Shown piece by piece: positions 9,769 to 20,252 of a DNA stretch of 64,000 bases. The stretch's first letter is position 1. Each line of letters begins with the position of its first letter. Under the pieces are notes generated by a model. That model did not search any database and was not told the origin of the DNA. It saw nothing but the letters and a program-made list of their open reading frames with translations. A program made the position numbers and the translations under genes. The stretch comes from an uncultured virus (IMG/VR IMGVR_UViG_3300048609_000040) (lineage: Duplodnaviria > Heunggongvirae > Uroviricota > Caudoviricetes), in the IMG/VR virus record IMGVR_UViG_3300048609_000040; one strand, written 5' to 3'.

Positions 9769-10497
9769 ATGTCGTTGATTGAAACCTTCGAGCATTCGCA
9801 CCTACGCGAGTTCGCCGAATACGAAAGCGTCGCGCTTCCTGAGAAGACGTGGCGGACGCCAGACCACCGCTGGTGGACCCCACAATCGGTGCTGAAAGGG
9901 TGGGGCTCGCGGATCTCTGATCACTGGGCTTGGATCACGTTGCATTGTTGGATCGTTGAGAAGCGGGTGATGGTCATGCACGTCGAGCTGCCTGGCCCTC
10001 TCGGATGTCACATGCCAGACGATCCCACTTGGGCGTTTGTTGATCGGCGGTACGGCCCCGGTGAAACAGAGCCGTTGGCCCATCCCATCGGTCGTGCCGA
10101 CTTGGCCTGCTACGACGACCGTGACAAGATCTTACTGATGATCGAGTTTGGCACCTGTGCTCCCGCGAAGTTCATCCTCAACCTGGGACACTCGTGTTGC
10201 CCTGTAGGGAACAGTCACCCGCTCTACCTTGTAGAGGGTACGCATTGGATGATTGTGCCTTACGGCTGCGCGTACGCCTTTGTCTTCATTGCTGCAGAAC
10301 AACTTTTCGCGCGAAAACGTCCCGCTCCAACGACGCACGTTGTTACAACACCTCCCCAACAACACAAAGCACGCAAGCGCACCCGTCCACAACCGGCTAC
10401 AGATGTTTCTCAGCAGCACGAAGCACCCAAGTATTCTCCTGTGGAGCAGCCGCCGTCAACGTGGCCGCCTCCACGCAGCTTATACGAGGACAAATGA
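9769..10497 (+). CDS. hypothetical protein, possible PD-(D/E)xK-like fold
   Basis: RADLA...IEFG spacing; Pro-rich tail. Confidence 0.5.
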   Translation: MSLIETFEHSHLREFAEYESVALPEKTWRTPDHRWWTPQSVLKGWGSRISDHWAWITLHCWIVEKRVMVMHVELPGPLGCHMPDDPTWAFVDRRYGPGETEPLAHPIGRADLACYDDRDKILLMIEFGTCAPAKFILNLGHSCCPVGNSHPLYLVEGTHWMIVPYGCAYAFVFIAAEQLFARKRPAPTTHVVTTPPQQHKARKRTRPQPATDVSQQHEAPKYSPVEQPPSTWPPPRSLYEDK

Positions 10498-10608
10498 AAT
10501 ATGCTTGCTGTGCAGCAAGTGATTCAAACACAGCTTGCAGAACTCCTTCACGGTCTTGTGTAATCTCCAGGCGTGCTACAAAATGCAACTCCGTAGCAGG
10601 AGACCTCG

Positions 10609-11190
10609 ATGAAAGCAGATTCGTGTTGGTTCACAGCAGACTTACATCTTGGGCACGCACGTGTAATCCAGTACAGCAACCGTCCGTTCACGTCCGTCGA
10701 AGAGATGGACGAGACGTTGATCGCAAACTGGAACGCTGTTGTGCGCCCTGGCGACACAGTTTACCTCGTCGGTGACGTAAGCTTTCATCGACGTGAGAAT
10801 ACTCTCGCGCTACTTTCACAGCTACAAGGCGGTATCGGGCTCGTTTGTGGCAACCACGACAAGAAACTCGACTCCGAAGTGTTGCGGCGTTTCGCGTTTG
10901 TGAAAGATTTGCACACAGTAAAAGTGGAAGATCCTGGTGCGCCTGATAGCGTTCAGCGTATTGTTTTGTGTCACTACGCGTTACGAGTTTGGCAAAGATC
11001 CCATCACGGTGCGTGGCACCTTTACGGACATTCTCACGGCAGCCTACCCGACGATCCAAATGCGAAGGCGTTTGATGTCGGCGTAGATTGCCACGACTAC
11101 CATCCAATCAGCTACACACGAGTAAAAGAGATTATGGCACTCAAGCAATACGCGCCCGTCGATCATCATGGAAGGCGGTATGATGAATGA
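10609..11190 (+). CDS. calcineurin-like metallophosphoesterase
   Basis: DLHLGH, GD, GNHD, HY, GHSH motifs; AGGAGA RBS. Confidence 0.92.
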   Translation: MKADSCWFTADLHLGHARVIQYSNRPFTSVEEMDETLIANWNAVVRPGDTVYLVGDVSFHRRENTLALLSQLQGGIGLVCGNHDKKLDSEVLRRFAFVKDLHTVKVEDPGAPDSVQRIVLCHYALRVWQRSHHGAWHLYGHSHGSLPDDPNAKAFDVGVDCHDYHPISYTRVKEIMALKQYAPVDHHGRRYDE

Positions 11191-11612
11191 TCAAAGAGCA
11201 GGAACGTGTTAAAGTCATCAACTATGCAAAGTGCCTCGGGCTGGAAAACCGCATCGACGAAGTTGTTGCTTTTCGCAAACAACTCGTAGATGCCTACACC
11301 GCTGCTGGACTACGAGAAGCACAGGAAAACAACGACCCAGCAGACGATCTCTACCTGACGGACGCAGCTGTTTCCTATGTCGCAGATCCAGCCTTTTACG
11401 GAGTGGATCCACTGCACACATTTGTACTCCACGAACAATACCGACAGGTGCTTTGTGGATACATTGTCATGGCACAGCAACAGGTTGAAGCGCTCGAAGA
11501 CGCTATTTGCACAGCCCAAGGCGAACTGCTACCAACTCGCCCACGACTGACCCCAAAGGAAAAAGCTGTAGTGCAACAAAGGATCCAAGCAGCACTTAGC
11601 AAGAAGAGGTAA
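11187..11612 (+). CDS. hypothetical protein
   Basis: ATGA-coupled ORF. Confidence 0.65.
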   Translation: MIKEQERVKVINYAKCLGLENRIDEVVAFRKQLVDAYTAAGLREAQENNDPADDLYLTDAAVSYVADPAFYGVDPLHTFVLHEQYRQVLCGYIVMAQQQVEALEDAICTAQGELLPTRPRLTPKEKAVVQQRIQAALSKKR

Positions 11613-11616
11613 ACAC

Positions 11617-12003
11617 ATGCCGTTGACGCCTGACGAGTTGAGCCTTCTTGGGATTATCCGCGAAGGTGGTTCGTTATCAAAACACGAACTAGTTACCTAC
11701 TCATGCCAGAACGAGATCACCATCGATCGTCATCTGAAGACGTTGATACAGAAACGCCTCGTCGAAGCTGACGAACACGGAAGCTACAAGGTCTTGGAGT
11801 TCATAGATCTGATCAAAGAAGCGTGTCGGCGGACGTTGGGCGTAGAGGTTTACGATGCGATGGTTGGCTGTCGGATCCCTCTACCAAGGCTCGTCGAGTA
11901 CTGCGCGCAAGAGATGTTCACTTACCCAGCTCGATATGCTGCTCCAGATTGTGAAACGATTAGGCAAGGTATGATTGCGTTGCTTGAAAAAGGAGAGCTT
12001 TGA
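11617..12003 (+). CDS. winged-helix protein
   Basis: LS..EL......TIDRHLKTL.QK.LVE...G.Y pattern. Confidence 0.55.
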   Translation: MPLTPDELSLLGIIREGGSLSKHELVTYSCQNEITIDRHLKTLIQKRLVEADEHGSYKVLEFIDLIKEACRRTLGVEVYDAMVGCRIPLPRLVEYCAQEMFTYPARYAAPDCETIRQGMIALLEKGEL

Positions 12004-12306
12004 CCGGTAAGATTTCTTGTGCTGGTATAAAGCTTCTTCTGAAGGCTTTCGACTGAAAGGAAAATCAATGAAGACGAAAACAAAGACGATACCTCCTGCT
12101 ACCACCATCAATGAAATTGTCAGCTGCACCAGCTGCCTAACGACCTGGGTCAAAAGGCATTCTACGGCGCTCAACGAGATCGACCCAGCACTTCTTAAAG
12201 GAACCATCCTTCTTCTCAGGAGGGAGGAGATGCTGGATGATGAGTTTGAAAAGGAGAGCTTTGACGGGTAAGGTTTCTTGTGCAGGTATAAACCTTCTTC
12301 TGTAGG
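11984..12306. repeat. about 62-bp imperfect direct repeat (11984-12045 and 12246-12306) flanking a small ORF
   Basis: ttgaaaa(a)ggagagctttgacSggtaagRtttcttgtgcWggtataaaScttcttctgWagg, 5 mismatches and 1 gap. Confidence 0.9.
12068..12271 (+). CDS. hypothetical protein
   Basis: AAGGA RBS; lies between the two repeat copies. Confidence 0.6.
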   Translation: MKTKTKTIPPATTINEIVSCTSCLTTWVKRHSTALNEIDPALLKGTILLLRREEMLDDEFEKESFDG

Positions 12307-12339
12307 TTGTAGATCAAAGCATCGAAAAGACACTCAAGT

Positions 12340-12535
12340 CTGGTGGCGCGGCAGTTGCAATACATCGGTTTACGCGCGGCCGTAGCGGGCTGCTAGTCGG
12401 GAGCCAACCCGATGATAGAAGCCGGATCGCTTCCGGTAAAACAGGGACCGGACCTCGGAGAGGTCGGCGTGGAAGGGCGCCGTCAGCGGGATACGGTGGA
12501 GGCGTAAGCTGATGAATCCGCCCCGCACCCTTCCA
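12340..12535 (+). ncRNA. candidate structured non-coding RNA
   Basis: GC-rich intergenic run of hairpins (TCGGG/CCCGA, CCGGA/TCCGG, GACCT/AGGTC, TGGAAGGG/CCCTTCCA); strand inferred. Confidence 0.5.
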
Positions 12536-12593
12536 TAGTTACAAGTACTTACAACATTTATTGTCATACGTAGAATTTCTCTAGTAAGATTGC

Positions 12594-12644
12594 GTCTTAC
12601 CCTCGAAGCGCGAACAGCGTACTACGGCGACCGAGGTCGCGTAG
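12594..12644 (+). promoter_or_regulatory. repeated leader element: GTCWTAC box plus CGAG-tetraloop hairpin
   Basis: Homologous to 19123-19169; related copies at 22103-22137 and 62134-62170. Confidence 0.65.
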
Positions 12645-12654
12645 AGGAAATCAG

Positions 12655-12807
12655 ATGAGGAAAGACACCTTCAGACAGGCCATGGCCAACCGCGTCGTGG
12701 AAGATCCCTTCGACGGTCATTTCTTCACGAAAGGCAAGCGGGAAGCCCGTCGTCGGGCACGTCACGTCCTCAAGCGCGAACTTTACTCCGACGTGGTGCA
12801 CGGCTAG
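12655..12807 (+). CDS. small basic protein (50 aa, not in ORF track)
   Basis: MRKDTFRQAMANRVVEDPF...VVHG*; GAGGAAA RBS. Confidence 0.6.
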   Translation: MRKDTFRQAMANRVVEDPFDGHFFTKGKREARRRARHVLKRELYSDVVHG

Positions 12808-13085
12808 TGGCAACATCACGTACAGCATTCGCCATCGGCTCTCGTTGGTTCTGTGATCGGCGAGAGGAACTTAAGCCCTCCTTCACCTTCGTGATTGTTG
12901 CGAAGCCGAAGGCTGGTCAGGCACTGTGCCGGTTGGAGCTGGAAGGGCACGATCCCAACCATGCCGATTGCTGGCCGCTACCACGATGGGAACGCTGCAA
13001 GCCTGACTGCTACCACGGGCTGACGCAGACCTACAGCCACAAGCATCTGAAGAAGTACGCACGTCTCTTGGAGCAACCAGAGTGA
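12807..13085 (+). CDS. hypothetical protein
   Basis: Coupled ORF. Confidence 0.6.
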   Translation: MATSRTAFAIGSRWFCDRREELKPSFTFVIVAKPKAGQALCRLELEGHDPNHADCWPLPRWERCKPDCYHGLTQTYSHKHLKKYARLLEQPE

Positions 13086-13516
13086 CGAAGGTGGCACACG
13101 ATGTTCCATGTTGCACTTATCAGGACGGCCCGAGACTACTTCGTGCTCCTCAACCACGATCGCAGCATCTGCGGCTTCATTTCGATCGAAGCCGGACGGG
13201 ACAGCTTCGAGGGGATGTACATGGACAGTCATCGCCGTAGCTACGAAGGATCGATGTCGGCCTGCATCAATCACATCACGTTCCAGCCTGCATTCATCTC
13301 GATCGAATCTCTTGACGAGATTTATCGATGGGTGGCAGATCCGGAAAGGATGAAAGTATGTAGTGTCTCCAACGTGAGCGGACACTTCGTTGGGCTCCTG
13401 CTTGATTCTACGAAAGCTGCGTCGGTCTGGGAACGCGGTGCGAAGCCGAAGTTGTACAGCTGACATGATCAAGCACCGAAGAAAGTACGCACATCTCTTG
13501 GAGAAACCAGAATGAC
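13040..13516. repeat. about 47-bp imperfect direct repeat (13040-13086 and 13470-13516) flanking ORF 13101-13463
   Basis: caagca...aagtacgcacRtctcttggagMaaccagaRtgac in both copies. Confidence 0.85.
13101..13463 (+). CDS. hypothetical protein
   Basis: 120 aa ORF between repeat copies. Confidence 0.65.
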   Translation: MFHVALIRTARDYFVLLNHDRSICGFISIEAGRDSFEGMYMDSHRRSYEGSMSACINHITFQPAFISIESLDEIYRWVADPERMKVCSVSNVSGHFVGLLLDSTKAASVWERGAKPKLYS

Positions 13517-16500
13517 CAAACACGCTCAAGACGAAGACTGCAACGTGGGAACTGATGGTTGCTGTACCGTCTGTGGGGTGTCGCATACTGCTGCCTGCAC
13601 GACGTGTGGAGGTCACGGCTACCGTCGTCCCAACTGCCTCGAAGTCGCATCGGAATCGTTGTGGGCGACGCAAGGGGGTGGATTGGTACGACAATGCGGC
13701 GACCGCTACGTCTTCGTCGAGAAACCCGAGTGTCCAGGTTTCGACGTGGGAGACTTCATGCCGAAGGAGTGGGGCGTGGTTCCAGCCAACAATGCAGCGA
13801 GACAAGAGCTAGAAGAGATCGAGTTCGGCGGAGTAGTCTGATAACCAAGGAGAAATAGTGATGGCAGTTGCAGTTGTGTATGAACAGAATCTGTCTAGAA
13901 CCTATAGGGGGTCCCCGCTTTATGTGTCCCCTTCGACGGATAAAGTTGAAGAAGCTCTACTGGAAGAGTTCCCAGATAAGGTCAAGAAAGAAGTGGACGG
14001 TAGGCTTCTAGTCGAGAACTGGGACCGTGACTATAAGGTTATCGGTGAGTGGTTGGTGCGTCATTATTGTGGGTATGGGTGTAACAACAATTGGTTGTCC
14101 ATTCATCCTATGACGGTGGTAGTCCTGTAAGCGAGGACGAGGTGACGTACAATTCTTGAGGTAAAACAACGTGCTACCGTATCGTACACCAGACTGGACT
14201 GGTCTGCAGCCAGGTAGCCGTATCGAGTGGCGCTACGACCACGTTTGCAGCAGACAACGTACAGGCGTTATAGCCTCGCATATGGTCGGTGGACACGGTG
14301 TCTATGCTTGGCCAGACGATCCCAATCACGGTCCAGAACCTCGCGGTGGGGTGTCGGAAGTACCATACGAAGCAATCAGTAGCATCATCGAAGAATGAGA
14401 CACGAAATGCACAAACTCACAAAGCAGGGTGTCCGTGATCTTGGTGAAAACCGGCGACATCGCGTCGTGCACCAACCCACCTTGGACAAATCGTACCGTG
14501 TCGACATCGGACCGGAATATGGGCAACACGGCATAATCTTGCGTATCGGCGCGCAATCAGTTCGTGATGCCATTCGAGAAGCGCAACAGATCATCGACAA
14601 CACCTATACAGCCATGGGATACGAGGTCATACAGGTCCACGACGGGCGCGATATCGTGTGGGATTACATGAACGGCTTCTTGAAGTAAAGGATCGGTTAT
14701 GCAAAGAGTGCTCTCTAGCGCACAGCTCTGCGACAATCTGACGGACGAACAACTGATGTTGTCCTACGCATTCATCGACGCTGTTGAAGATGTTGCGTGC
14801 TACGACGTTCTCGGCGACATCCTCAACGATCTCGTGCCTCAGCACGATGTGTGGTTTGAGATTCTTCTCAACCTACTCTACCAAGGCCTGCTCATCGAAG
14901 TGTCTGGTGGAGTCACCGTACCGCGGTGTTTTTGGTCTGTGGTGGCTGACAAGGTTGGTGTCTGGTACCCAGAAATCGGAATTTACCCACCGCCAGACGT
15001 CGATGCTTACAGCCTGCATCCAGACTTTGCCGCGCGACTCGATCAGATGGTAAAGACGATGGGCGAAGATGCTGCACTGTTACAGGTGGCTCACGAATTG
15101 GCAGCAAAGATAGAGAGTCACCAAAACTAGGCGTAAAAATGCGTCGGTTCGGCCCTACAATAGGCAGCAGAGTTCAATGACGAAGCGATGAGCCGTAAGA
15201 CAAATACGCTCAGAGACCGCTACAACTGGCGCCAAACAACACCGCACGCACAGCTTGTGGTCTTGACCAACTCCGTTGAGGGCACCCTCGACAACATGCT
15301 TGAAGGATGTACTGATATTCGCGTTGGCGCAGACCGCGTCCTCAGGCACAGCAAAGAACTGCAACTACTTGTTCCCTATCTGCTTGCTGGAAGCTGGGAA
15401 TCAAAGGAGCTGGGATGAGTTCTCGCACATCCGTACCTGACACTGGCATTTCGCGATTTCGGATTCGCGAAGTGGTCACCGGCCCACATCTGGAAGTTGT
15501 TCGACGTTGGATACAAAACCACGCGCGCAATGGAAGCACTGTACAGTGGGGCACCGAGACGCGTCTGGAGATGGCGCCACCGACAGTAGAAGCCATGGAA
15601 CAGCTCGCGCAAGACATCGCCGACGCGGTTCTCCGAGAAGCGATAACGAACTTGAACATCTGCGACGACTTCACTCCTGGTACGCAAAAGATGAGCGTAT
15701 GCAACAAGTGTCACCTGCCGTATTGGTGGCACGAGCAGAAAAAACGTCTACACAGAACGTGGTAAACATGTACGACGCGAAAGAAGAAGCGGTTCGGTTG
15801 TTGCAACATTACATGGAACGAGCCATCGGTGAGTTGTGTGGCTCTGAGCTAGCCGAGATCGGGCAGATAGTAGATTTGGTGGTTGACGCAGCCCTCGCCA
15901 AAAATTCGTGGTCAACTCCGTGCTGAGATTCAAGACATTCTACTAGAGCGTCTCCAATGAGCAATAAACCGAAGAAGGATAAAGTCGCATGGAAGTGCCC
16001 CAAGTGCGGCGCAACCCCCAACAAACACGGCAAAGGTGGCGCCGATACGTGTGAACAACAGCACACGTACCAGGACTGCATGGGATTCATCTGCGATTGC
16101 GACAGTGATAATGGACCCGCGCACGGCGAATCGCACGATGACCCGTGCTTGAATGCATACTGTTACCATTGTGGGTGGGCGGGGACGTTTCCTCCACCGC
16201 CGGTCAAACTGAAAGGGTGGGCAAAGAAGGCGTGGGACGCTGGCTGGCGTCCGCCAGCAGGGTGGACTCCAGACGAATAAGCCGAGGCTCAGATGGGGTG
16301 GATCAGCGATCGGCACATGAAGCAGGGTGGTTCCATCGGCGGAAATCCTGCCAAGTGCCGCGAGACGTGCACGTATCCTCTTCGCAAGATCGTGCGCGTT
16401 GTCCGTGCTCAATTGACCATCTTCGAGCCTAACGTCGTCGAGTTCGATTGTGGACACGAAGGCTGGTGTTACGGTACTTACCAAGGACGCTGTAAGCGGT

Positions 16501-16520
16501 GCCCGCCCCTTACGCGCTAA
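13512..16520 (+). other. array of about 10 small hypothetical phage genes (13512-13841, 13858-14130, 14171-14398, 14395-14688, 14699-15130, 15188-15418, 15415-15765, 15768-15926, 15957-16280, 16293-16520)
   Basis: Co-oriented abutting ORFs, several Cys-rich. Confidence 0.65.
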
Positions 16521-16540
16521 TCGAACCCAAAGAACGATGA

Positions 16541-18445
16541 GTGATGTGTACTGATCGAGACATCGTAATACACACCGTCCCTGATCCGGTGCGTACAGAA
16601 CGTGAGGCGTTCCTTGTCGTCGGTCAGTGGTATTGGGTCAAACGGGACGTTAACGACGCTGACGACGACGACGACGACGCAGATGTGTGGTTGGGATGTA
16701 TTACGACAATTGGGTCTAACTACGCTGAACTAACCAGTGTCCACGAAGGCTATACACGCGTCCATTTCGACGAATTCGACGCGCAGTGCACCTTGGAACC
16801 TGATCCTGATCGTGTTTTTCAGGGGCAGATTGACAAGTACCAGGCGCAGGCCAAAGCGCTCATGGAAGAAATCCACGCTCTTACTGCCCAACTAGGCATC
16901 GCTCCCCGCGCAGAGCTTTATAACACAAGTGATGAGCAGTCTCAGGCATTGGTTGTCGCGCATGGTACCAAGGACGCCCAGGAGTACAAAGAGGCACTGA
17001 TCAAAGCGCAGAAGAAGACGCTCCCCGATCTATTCCAGAAGGTCAAGGAAACGCATGAGCAGCTTGCACGGTGGATGCAAGGCAAGCTCATCCCGATGCG
17101 CGCAACAACAACCCAGTTGAAGGAGCAGACAAAGAGAATCGAAGACAGAATCTTCACAGTGGAGTTGTATGCAGGACTTGTCGAATCGTTGGTACAGGTG
17201 TGTGAGGGCGCTCCAGCATCCAATGATACCAAACTGCACCTCCATCAGCGGCGACACTACATGGACGAAGAGTGTCTACTCGACTACAAAGCCGGCGGTA
17301 TGGAGTTCAAAGACCTCAAAGCATTCGATCGTTGGCTCGGCAAAAAGAAGAACTTCAACCGCATATTGCCGTTCCCGAGATCGTTGGTCGCTTTTCGAGT
17401 TAGACGCGACCAAAAAGAACACACGTTCACAAGCCTCTACTCGTTCATTCGGTTTTTGCTAAAGGACGATCTAGACAAGAAAACGTTTCTTTATCTACGA
17501 AACGGGGAACAGTTGTGGCGCCTCGAAACAGGAATCGACTTTGGCAAACGGTTGTTTCCCGATAAGGCATTGTCTACAACGCTAGGAACAGGCGAACTCT
17601 GGTTTAAGGAGTTTGCGGGCCGCGTCGACGAGATCATTTCAGACGCGGCCCACCAAGGTCTGCTGGAAGACCAAAAACAGGCTAAGAAAGAGTACAAAGC
17701 TGAATTGGCTGCGTGGAACAAACTATCCAAACAGGAGCAGGACGGACGCTGCAAGCCCTATTATTATGAGCCCCACGACAGGTGGGAAAAACTGACGCCT
17801 GACAGCGTCTATTATGATGACGCTTGTCGTAAGATCGCTGCAGAAGCAATGCAACACAACCGTGTTGCTGTCGTTCTGCAGGGCATCCTAGACCGTAGTC
17901 CTGCACTGCATCCGCACCCGCCTTGGCAGCTTTGGACACCAGAAGGCTTCACGAATGCCTTAGAGCTGCACTATGACCAGACACGTGCGTTGACCTCTGG
18001 TGCCGCGCCTGACTTCGAGGCGTATCGAGCCAAGCTCAATGCCTCGATCCGAAGGGGATCGACGACGGTTGGCCAAGACGACGCTTGGGAGCGCGCTATG
18101 GCCGAAAAATACAACGAAGAACACAAATGGAGTGATAAACAGTATCACACACCACATGGCAATCCAGGACCAGGATTGGTGGCGACCGTCACCAAACTAA
18201 GTCACGACAAGAAACGCGCCACGTTCGAGTGGTTGCGTGAACGGCGAAGCTATCAACGTTGGGGCAACCGCGGAGACATCAAGACAAGGTTTACGTGTGC
18301 GGTATCCGATCTGCTCAACGTTGACGCCTACCAACCAGGAGACTTTTTGCAGTTCTACTCAGATCCCAGAACCCGTGCGCAATATCTGAAGTGGGCACCA
18401 CTTCTACTCACAGCTGAGAACTACAAAGCGAAAATGAAGACATGA
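16541..18445 (+). CDS. large hypothetical protein with coiled-coil N-terminal region
   Basis: 634 aa ORF; ATGA-coupled to the downstream ligase-like gene. Confidence 0.8.
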   Translation: MMCTDRDIVIHTVPDPVRTEREAFLVVGQWYWVKRDVNDADDDDDDADVWLGCITTIGSNYAELTSVHEGYTRVHFDEFDAQCTLEPDPDRVFQGQIDKYQAQAKALMEEIHALTAQLGIAPRAELYNTSDEQSQALVVAHGTKDAQEYKEALIKAQKKTLPDLFQKVKETHEQLARWMQGKLIPMRATTTQLKEQTKRIEDRIFTVELYAGLVESLVQVCEGAPASNDTKLHLHQRRHYMDEECLLDYKAGGMEFKDLKAFDRWLGKKKNFNRILPFPRSLVAFRVRRDQKEHTFTSLYSFIRFLLKDDLDKKTFLYLRNGEQLWRLETGIDFGKRLFPDKALSTTLGTGELWFKEFAGRVDEIISDAAHQGLLEDQKQAKKEYKAELAAWNKLSKQEQDGRCKPYYYEPHDRWEKLTPDSVYYDDACRKIAAEAMQHNRVAVVLQGILDRSPALHPHPPWQLWTPEGFTNALELHYDQTRALTSGAAPDFEAYRAKLNASIRRGSTTVGQDDAWERAMAEKYNEEHKWSDKQYHTPHGNPGPGLVATVTKLSHDKKRATFEWLRERRSYQRWGNRGDIKTRFTCAVSDLLNVDAYQPGDFLQFYSDPRTRAQYLKWAPLLLTAENYKAKMKT

Positions 18446-19053
18446 AAGAGTATCCGTCAATCTCGCGTGCGTTTCGGGAGATCCCCAATGCATACATCTT
18501 CGATAAGCTCGACGGATCGTCTATGCGTTCCGAGTGGAACAGAAAACGCAGTTGGTACAAGCACGGTAGACGTCACGGACTACTTGATGACTCGAACACA
18601 GCTCTTACTGCCGTTCCTGTAATGTTTGGCAAGCTCTTCGCCGAACCTTTGGCGCGTGTGGCAACTAACAACAGGTGGGACCATCTCATCATCTTCTACG
18701 AGTTCTGGGGTACGAAAAGCCTCGCAGGTTTGCACTCCTCGGACGATGAAAAACATCTCACATTGTTCGACGCAGCGGTCGACAAGAAGGGTATCCTTGG
18801 ACCCAGGGATTTTCGCAAACTATTCGAGAACAACGTCGAAACAGCTGCCTTTCTGGGGATCCACAACTACACGCGAGGATTCGTGGAGTCAGTACGTCTT
18901 GGGCAGGTAGAAGGGATCACTTTCGAGGGTGTCGTTGCTAAGGCTGGAGAAGGTCACCATCTTGTCTATGCCAAAGCTAAAACACAACAATGGATCGACA
19001 AGGTTCTACAGATCTACGGTGCGAAGCAGGGCCAACAGTTGGTAGACAGCTGA
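18442..19053 (+). CDS. Rnl2-like RNA ligase / covalent nucleotidyltransferase
   Basis: KEYPSI N-terminus, motif I DKLDG, FYEFWG, FDA, EGVV, KAK. Confidence 0.75.
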   Translation: MKEYPSISRAFREIPNAYIFDKLDGSSMRSEWNRKRSWYKHGRRHGLLDDSNTALTAVPVMFGKLFAEPLARVATNNRWDHLIIFYEFWGTKSLAGLHSSDDEKHLTLFDAAVDKKGILGPRDFRKLFENNVETAAFLGIHNYTRGFVESVRLGQVEGITFEGVVAKAGEGHHLVYAKAKTQQWIDKVLQIYGAKQGQQLVDS

Positions 19054-19122
19054 GCTGTAACTGTTTGAAACATCTATGTAAATTAGTCATCAAACAGTTT
19101 GAATTTCCTGGTCGGGTTTTAT

Positions 19123-19169
19123 GTCATACTCTTGAATCGCGAGCGCGTCTAGCCAACCGAGGTTGGTAG
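19123..19169 (+). promoter_or_regulatory. repeated leader element: GTCATAC box plus CGAG-loop hairpin
   Basis: ccaac-CGAG-gttgg at 19153-19166; homologous to 12594-12644. Confidence 0.65.
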
Positions 19170-19217
19170 AAGATAAGAGCCTCGTGACGACCCGTGAACT
19201 TCGGATGTAGTGGAACC

Positions 19218-19589
19218 ATGGCGGACTGGAAGCAATCGAACCCCATCATCAAGCGCGAGGACGTGCTGATGGTCTACTCGGGTATCGCTGGCTGCATGTG
19301 CGGCTGCCTCGGCAACTATCGTTACCCCAAGGGCAACAAGGAGCTGGGCAAGACGCAGCGTGGCTACGAAATCAAGCCCGAAGAAATCAACGATGCGCAA
19401 GTCACGCGCGTGCTCAAGAAGATGGCTACCCTCACGGATGTTGAGGTTGGCGAGATCTACGGCAAGAGCGGTGATTCGCTGTTCTATTGCTGGACCGACG
19501 ATGAGACTCGTCGTCGCTACGCCGTGTACACGAAGCCAGGAGCGCCGTACACCAAGCCAGAGGGCGTGTGTTGTGGAGAGCCCAAATGA
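19218..19589 (+). CDS. hypothetical protein
   Basis: YSG..GCMCGC.GNY motif; start moved to ATG 19218. Confidence 0.65.
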   Translation: MADWKQSNPIIKREDVLMVYSGIAGCMCGCLGNYRYPKGNKELGKTQRGYEIKPEEINDAQVTRVLKKMATLTDVEVGEIYGKSGDSLFYCWTDDETRRRYAVYTKPGAPYTKPEGVCCGEPK

Positions 19590-19757
19590 ACAGGATCTAC
19601 TGGGTTCATCTGAGTTACAGCCGCGAGCTACAGTTGATGGGTTACAAACCTGTTGCGCGCGGCACGGCGTTTGAGGCCTTCGAGCTGCCGAAGGACGAGT
19701 GGCACGCCTTCCGCCACCTGTTCGATCCAATGCCTACCTTGTTCACCAAAGATCCTG

Positions 19758-20252
19758 ATGCTTCAAACTAGCAAATTCGTGTACGACGACGGTGGACGCT
19801 CCGCTGCTGGGTATCGCGGCGAGGCAGGTGATTGTGTAACTCGCGCCATCGCGATTGCGACTGAACGGCCCTATCAAGAAGTGTACACAGCGTTGAATCA
19901 CCTCGCGACCAAAGAACGACCGCGGCGCGGAAAACGTAGTGCATCACGCACAGGCGTTCACCGCCGTACCTACGAACGCTACCTGCTGGATCTGGGATGG
20001 ATTTGGACCCCGACTATGCACATCGGGCAGGGTTGCACGGTACACCTCCGTGCTGAAGAGCTTCCAGCTGGCCGATTGATCGTAGCGGTCAGCAGGCACC
20101 TGACCGCCGTCATCGATGGTGTTATCCACGACACCCACGATCCGTCCCGTGAAGGTGTCGTCTACACAGTAATCGACGGTGTTGGTACCGCACGTGGGGC
20201 TGGACGTTGCGTGTATGGGTATTACCGTAGACAGGAAGTCTCACATGCTTAA
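19758..20252 (+). CDS. conserved phage hypothetical protein
   Basis: DDGGR..AG..G..GDCV.RAIAIA...H...VIDG...D pattern; start moved to ATG 19758. Confidence 0.7.
   Translation: MLQTSKFVYDDGGRSAAGYRGEAGDCVTRAIAIATERPYQEVYTALNHLATKERPRRGKRSASRTGVHRRTYERYLLDLGWIWTPTMHIGQGCTVHLRAEELPAGRLIVAVSRHLTAVIDGVIHDTHDPSREGVVYTVIDGVGTARGAGRCVYGYYRRQEVSHA

Noticed and set aside
12342..12529. Expanded tRNA-like fold (GGCGCGG/CCGCACC acceptor)
   Set aside because: Mismatch in the stem, no TTC T-loop, and a stronger local hairpin competes.
12509..12535. CTGATGA as a hammerhead ribozyme core
   Set aside because: No stem II followed by GAAA in a usable arrangement.
13826..14130. Further 3'-end duplication (gtagtc..taa at 13833 and 14119)
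   Set aside because: Too short and degenerate to distinguish from chance.
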